Positions 1 through 64,000 of a stretch of 64,000 bases of DNA are shown here, one piece after another. Source of the DNA: Octopus sinensis. Lineage: Eukaryota. The stretch's first letter is position 1, and each line of letters starts with the position of its first letter. The stretch lies in assembly GCF_006345805.1 (NCBI RefSeq), contig NC_043013.1, forward strand, positions 52,142,001-52,206,000. Reading direction: 5' to 3'. A program made the translations under genes and the position numbers. The notes under the pieces were generated by a model that ran no database searches, was not told the origin of the DNA, and worked only from the letters and a program-made list of their open reading frames with translations.

Positions 1-174
1 TTTAGGCAGTAGTTACTAGATCGTCTGTGAATTCTGCACAGGTAAACTGTGGGAAGCGTGACCTACTGCATGGCATCTTAGACAAGTCTATTCTGCTATT
101 GCTCAGCCTGGGCTGACCAATGCCTTGTGAGTGAGTTTAGCCTGTCTTTATAGATATATGTCATGTGTGTATAT

Positions 175-533
175 GTGTGGTAAGTAGCTTGCTCACTAAC
201 CACATGGTCCCGGGTTCAGTTCCACTGCATGGCACCTTGGGCAAGTGTGTTCTACTATAGTCTCAGGCTGACCAAAGCCTTGTGAGTGGATTTGGTAGAC
301 GGAAACTGAAAGAAACCCGTTGTGTGTGTGTATGTGTTTGTTCCCCCACCATCGCTTGACAACCAATGCCAGAGGGGTTATATCCTAGTAATCTAGCAGT
401 TCGGCAAATGAGACCAATAGAATAAGTACTAGGCTTACAAAGAATAAGCTCTGGAGTCGATCTGCTCGACTAAAGGCAGTGCTCCTGCATGGCTGCAGTC
501 AAATGACTGAAACAAATAAAAGAATAAAAGAAT
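175..533 (+). mobile_element. tRNA-derived SINE, family A (gtgtggtaagtagcttgc...gactgaaacaagtaaaag)
   Basis: tRNA-like head with a B-box-like ggttcagtccca and a central TA/TG microsatellite; many copies in the window. Confidence 0.8.
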
Positions 534-678
534 ATGTGTGTGTGTGTATCATCCTTATCATTTAGCATCCACTTTCCATGCTGGCATGTGTTAAACAGTT
601 TGACTGGAACTTATAAACTGAAGAGCTGTGTGTGTATATATGTATGTGTGTGTGTATGTATGTCTGTGTGTGTACGTA

Positions 679-1573
679 TTGGGTCATCCCATAAATAATG
701 CGGTTTTTTAATACTTATATTAATTTTCAAAATTAAGATAAAGTTCTTTTTTTAATCTAAAATATACTCTCCTTCATTTTCTGCAATTCTCTTCCATCTA
801 TCTGATAGATATGTGAGGCCCCTCTTCCAAAATTCACTTGTCTGTGATGAAAAATACTCCTCCAAAGCTGTTCTGACCTTGTCTACAGAATTCATATCTT
901 TCCTGTTCAAATAATTTTGAAGACTGCAGAATGAATGATAAGCAGATGTAGCAATGACCGGCGAATATGGTGGGGTGGGGTAACATTTCCCATTCAAACT
1001 GCTCCAACCTTTGGAATGTCATCCTCACTGTAAGCATTATGTCTGAAAATCAAAGATGGTCGATTTTCAATTGTATGCAGGTGTCGATGAATGGTTGAAT
1101 GACCAAATCCAAGCTTCTCTGCTAGTTCTTCAACAGTTATGACATGATTTTGTTCCACCAGGGTTTGCTGGACATTCTCATTGAGCTCCACAGATCTTCC
1201 ATGACAAGGCTTATCTTCTTGGCTGTAGTTTCCGGCTCAGAATTTCTGGAACCACCATTGACACTGGCTTACACTTATTGTCCAATCCCCATATACTGCA
1301 TTAATATTCCTCGCACTTTCCGTTGCGTTGTTGCCTTTATTGAACTCATAAAACAGAATATGCCGAATATGCCATTTTGTCACTTCCATTATAGATTTGA
1401 AAAAATAACTGTTAAAATCAAACTGCACTCTTCAAAACTTGCACTAAGAATTAGTACAAGGTAAAATTACTACCTGCTTTTAGAGAAAGTTGATGCAGGT
1501 AGTTTATCCTGTCCCCCTCCGACTTTTAGTTCATGCAATTGAAAAAAAACGCATTATTTATGGGATAACCCAA
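679..1573 (-). mobile_element. Internally deleted mariner transposon (about 895 bp) with decayed transposase
   Basis: 31-bp TIRs (679-709 and 1543-1573, 2 mismatches) flanked by TA at 677-678 and 1574-1575. The minus strand gives the N-terminal HTH (HIRHILFYEFNKGNNATESARNINAVYG), second HTH (ELAEKLGFGHSTIHRHL) and C-terminus (PPYSP..SAYHSF...RWKRIAENEGEYILD), with frameshifts. Confidence 0.92.
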
Positions 1574-2444
1574 TATATGTATGTATGTGTATGTATATAT
1601 GTATGTATGTATTTGTGTGTATATATATGTGTATGTGTGTGCATGTTTCTTTGACTTAATATTGTGTGATAGTTGTAAATGAATGTCACTGTTATATGAG
1701 CAGTATCATTCATTCTCACCAATATTCTGTGAAAACACATCTATGTGGGAAATGGTACGTTGCTTGGAAGCAGGTGAAGGTTGATGACAGGAAGGGCATC
1801 CAGCCATAGAATGTCTGCCATAGTAAAGTACATCTGACCCATGCAAGCATTTAAAAGTGGACTCTAAAATGTCTTTTGTTTGTCCACTCACCTGTGTGTG
1901 TGTGTTTGTCACTCCACTGCTTGACAAACCGTGTTGGTTTGTTTACGTCCCTGTAACTTAGTGGTTCAGCAAAGGAAACCAATAGATTAAGTACCAAACT
2001 TAAGAAACATAATTGCTGGGGTCGATTTGTTCGACTGACCTCTCAAGACACTGCCCCAGCATGACCGGAATCCAATGATTGAAGCATATACAAAAGAAAT
2101 AAGAGGACTAAAAGAATAATCATTATTTTATGTCTGTTTTTCCATGCTGGCATGGGTTAGATGAGTCATATATCAAGTAACTTGTGTGTGTGTCGTTTCC
2201 TCCTCTCCTTTCTTCAACATTTTTCAAGTCTGTTGTCCCTCCTTTCATTTTCTCTTCACTCTAACCACTCCCCCTACTCTACAAATACACTTGTTACCTC
2301 TTCCTACTCCTCCCCAGGTTCCAGCTGAAATGTCAACCGTTTCTTCTTTCTCACAACATATTGGATTCCACTGTTTGAATAGTTTTACTGTTTGCTAGTA
2401 CAGAATCACCTGTTTATATATGTTTTGTCTATGGATATCAATAG

Positions 2445-2574
2445 CTATCTATCTGTCTGTCTGCCTGTCTGTCTGTCTGTCTGGCTGTCTATCTACCTGT
2501 CTGTCTATCTACTTAGAGGTCTACCTACTTACCTACCCTTCTCTCTATCTATATATCTGTCTATCAATCTATCC

Positions 2575-2642
<68 letters not shown>

Positions 2643-2671
2643 GTCTGTCTGTCCATCTATCTATCTATCTA

Positions 2672-2729
<58 letters not shown>

Positions 2730-3027
2730 CCTGTCTGTCTATCTACTTAGAGGTCTACCTACTTACCTGCCCATCTCTCTATCTATATGTCTGTGTATCA
2801 ATCTATCCATCTACCTGCCTACCTGTCTGTCTATCTGCTTATAAGTCTTTCTTGCAATCGCCTGTCTTTATACCTGTCTGTCCATTTATGTCTGTCTGTC
2901 TTTCTATCCATCTACCTGCCTCTGTTTATTCATTTACCTGTTCATCTATTCATCTCTATCTCTCCTATCTATTTTTTCTCTGTCTCTCTAACTCGCTGTC
3001 TGCTTATTCATTTCCCTCTCTATTCAT

Positions 3028-3069
<42 letters not shown>

Positions 3070-3185
3070 ATCCATTTACTCTTCCATCCGTCTGTTTGTC
3101 TATTTAGTCATTCATCCCTCTATCTTTTGTTTCTCCATCCATCCTCCCAACCAACCATCCATCCATCCAGCCAGCCATCCAGCCA
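2445..3185. repeat. (TCTA/TCTG)n, (CT)n and (TCCA)n compound microsatellite
   Basis: Directly visible; a similar tract lies at 51190-51720. Confidence 0.95.
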
Positions 3186-4423
3186 TCTCCTTATGTCCCT
3201 CTTCCCTATCTCCCCAATCCTCCCCACCACCGTTTAAGTCAGATCATTTTATTTATTGGTGATCGATTCTTCCCTAACTAATTGCTTTCTCATGTCCGAT
3301 AGGTTTAGCTGACCACAAACACTCAACACTTGTTCCGGCTCTGTCATTTCTCACCAAACACAAGCTTCCACTTCTTCTGTCACAGACAGAATTTACTATT
3401 GAGAAAAGGATTTCTTGGTAGCAGCATTCTCTGTAGGAGAATCGTTTGTGGAAGCTAGTCATATGGTAAATGTCTTATGGAGACCAAAAGTGGCAGGGAT
3501 AATCAATAGAGGATTATATGGTGAGTGTGTGTATAGAAGTGGAGAGGGATCAGGGGTGGCTGGGTATCTAAGAAGCTTGCTTCCCAGCTGTGTAGTCTTG
3601 GATTCAGTCCCATTGCACAGCATCTTACCATAGCCCTGGGTCAATCAAAGCCTTATGAGTGGAAACTGTAAGAAACCCCATTATATGCGCATGTAGACAT
3701 ATTTGTATGGGTGTGTATACATGTGTGTGGGGGGTGTTTCTTTTTTATATCTTTGTTTTAACATCCCATGATGGATGTAAATGAGCATCACCATCAAACA
3801 AGTGGTATTGTTAATTTCCAGTCTTTTGTGGAAAATATGCCTGACCATTGGGAAATATAACCTGGAAAAACAGGTTGGTGACAGGGGGGGGGGAGGCATC
3901 TGGCTGTAGAAAATTTGCTTCATCAAGTTCCATCTGATGCATGCAAGCGTAGAAAAGTGGATGTTATAACAATGATATCTGTGTGTGAATGGAAGTGTGT
4001 ATATATTTGCTAGTCTGTAAACATAGGTTGCTGGATTTCCAGGAATTGAACTTGCTACCACTTTATTGTGGGCCTGACGCTCTAACCACTGAGCCATGCG
4101 TCTTCACACACATCTACATGCAAAGTGCCCCTCCATCAGTTATGACGACGACTGTTCCAGTTGGTTTGATTGATGGAACAGCTTGCTCATGAAATTAATG
4201 TGCGCAAGTGGCTGAACACTCCAGATTCAGTGTGACACAGAAAGTGACAAGGCTGACCCTTGTGTATTACAGGTACTTATTATTATTGCCAGCCGATTGG
4301 ACTGGAGCAAAGTGAAATAAAGTGTTTTGCTCAAGGACACAACACATCACTAGGAATTGAACTCACAACCTTACAATCACGAACCAAATACCCCTGAACA
4401 CTAAGCCATCTGCCTTCGCAATA

Positions 4424-4457
<34 letters not shown>

Positions 4458-4479
4458 CATACATACACACACACACATA

Positions 4480-4511
<32 letters not shown>

Positions 4512-4516
<5 letters not shown>

Positions 4517-4942
4517 ATCAAAATCGTAATCTATCAACATCAGTGGAATTTGTAGCTGGGATACCAGTGCCGGTGGCACATAAGAGAACCATCCAAACGT
4601 GACCGTAGCCAGCGCCGCCCTGACTGGCTTCTGTGCCGGTGGCACGTAAAAAGCACCATCCGACCGTGGCCGTTCCCAGCCTCATCTGGTCTCCATGCTG
4701 GTGGCACGTAAAAAGCACCATCCGTCCGTGGCCGTTTGCCAGCCTCGTCTGGCACCTGTACTGGTGGCACGTAAAAAGCACCCTCTACATTCACGGAGTG
4801 GTTAGCGTTAGGAAGGGCATCCAGCCGTAGAAACACTGCCAGATTAGACTGGGCCTGGTGCAGACTTCTGGCTTCCCAGACCCCAGTTGAACCGTCCAAC
4901 TCATGCTAGCATGGAAAGCGGACGTTAAACGATGATGATGAT
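4512..4942. mobile_element. Retroposon family B with a (CAT)n end and internal ggcacgtaaaaagcacc repeats
   Basis: Aligns with 43490-43920, 58264-58690 (opposite orientation), 11520-11880 and 54405-54620. Confidence 0.75.
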
Positions 4943-5245
4943 ACACAAACACACGGATACACACACACACATGTATACATACACACACACATATATGTAC
5001 ACAAACACACTAGTGATGAATGTAAGCTACTGACAGACCTCAATGAAGCAGAAATGTGCATTTGACATTCTTTACCTCCCATTGCTGGACAACTTTTGTC
5101 AGCTCTCCAAATACTTTCTGTTTATGAACACACTGCATCCTTGTGAGACTCTTTCACCAGATGAATACTTTGGTAAATTTACTTTCTTTGCAATGTATTC
5201 ACATGAAATATGATATGCAGATGGTTATATGTGTATGTATGTGTA

Positions 5246-5314
<69 letters not shown>

Positions 5315-5327
5315 TATATATATATAC

Positions 5328-5779
5328 ACTAGCAGCTAAGTCCGGTTTCACCTGGTCGGTTTGGATGATGTGGCTGTAAAACCTGCTCTGTAAGCATTCG
5401 ACTTGTTTGGGCATGGGTATGTTAAAAAACAATTTAAGAATGACTTTTTTCTGTCAAAACGCTAAAAATAACTGACCAACAAAAAAAAAAAACCCAACCC
5501 AGATTCAACCAAATCAAAAAATAACCAAATACTAAGCGTACAAAGATGAACCATCCCACTTCCATTGCACGTGCACATGCACATACACACACACACACAC
5601 ATTCACATACCCCCCTTTTACATACACATATTCACACAGAGTTGAAACACTGATTTATTTTTTGCTGGGTACAATTTTCATCATCCCACTACCAAGTATG
5701 AACTCACCCCTTCCTTCCTTATTTATCTATCACCCCTTCCTTTCTCATTCATAAACACAAGAGTATTATTATAGTAGAT
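5328..5779. mobile_element. Possible Helitron-like non-autonomous element
   Basis: Begins actagcagctaagtccggtttcacc and ends attattatagtagat; this is terminal-motif resemblance only. Confidence 0.3.
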
Positions 5780-5991
5780 TATCTCGGTAACCATGGCAGC
5801 CATGAAGAAAATACAAAGCTCAGCATCACCACCGGATCACTCTACACATCTGTGTAAATTTTCGTGTAATTCCACCCAACTATTTGACTGTGATTCCCAA
5901 GACAAGAAAAAAATCGCCCATGTCAAATTTACATGTATAGATATATGTGTGTGTGTGTATTTATTTGTTTTTTTTTCTACTTTTGTTACAG

Positions 5992-64000
<58,009 letters not shown>

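Noticed and set aside
2310-2400. Candidate upstream exon after a strong pyrimidine tract (ccccAG at 2316-2317)
   Set aside because: All three frames stop within about 80 nt, there is no donor and no GH31 similarity. The preceding exon probably lies left of the window.
4560-4790. Regularly spaced ggcacgtaaaaagcacc repeats resembling a CRISPR-like array (also 11540-11710, 43520-43750, 58430-58640)
   Set aside because: They are internal subrepeats of a multi-copy eukaryotic retroposon. The spacers are related to each other and recur between copies, and there are no cas genes.

Overview
Repeat-rich eukaryotic genomic DNA, inferred from its SINE, MITE and microsatellite content to be a coleoid cephalopod, probably Octopus. 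One protein-coding gene spans the window on the + strand: a glycoside hydrolase family 31 alpha-glucosidase (lysosomal alpha-glucosidase GAA / maltase-glucoamylase type). I assembled 13 exons by hand (5992-6160, 21543-21639, 26821-27059, 35155-35286, 37553-37666, 49153-49266, 50069-50156, 51728-51845, 54113-54246, 56874-57025, 59241-59389, 62228-62309, 63899->64000). They give 1690 nt in one open frame, with both catalytic aspartates (WADMNE, HWSGDN) intact; the 5' and 3' ends lie outside the window. One intron must be GC-AG. The introns hold decayed mariner, maT (DD37D), Tigger, RTE and Penelope-like remnants, piggyBac-like, Mutator-like and Helentron-like non-autonomous elements, several tRNA-derived SINE families and long microsatellites. 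Most ORFs in the supplied track are microsatellite or SINE artefacts. The most unusual signal is five long fold-back inverted repeats in the introns. Three of them, unrelated in sequence, each carry a minimal hammerhead-ribozyme-like cassette, and the core 3:8 base pair differs among them (G:C, C:G, U:A). The ribozyme reading is a by-eye structural inference and has not been tested.
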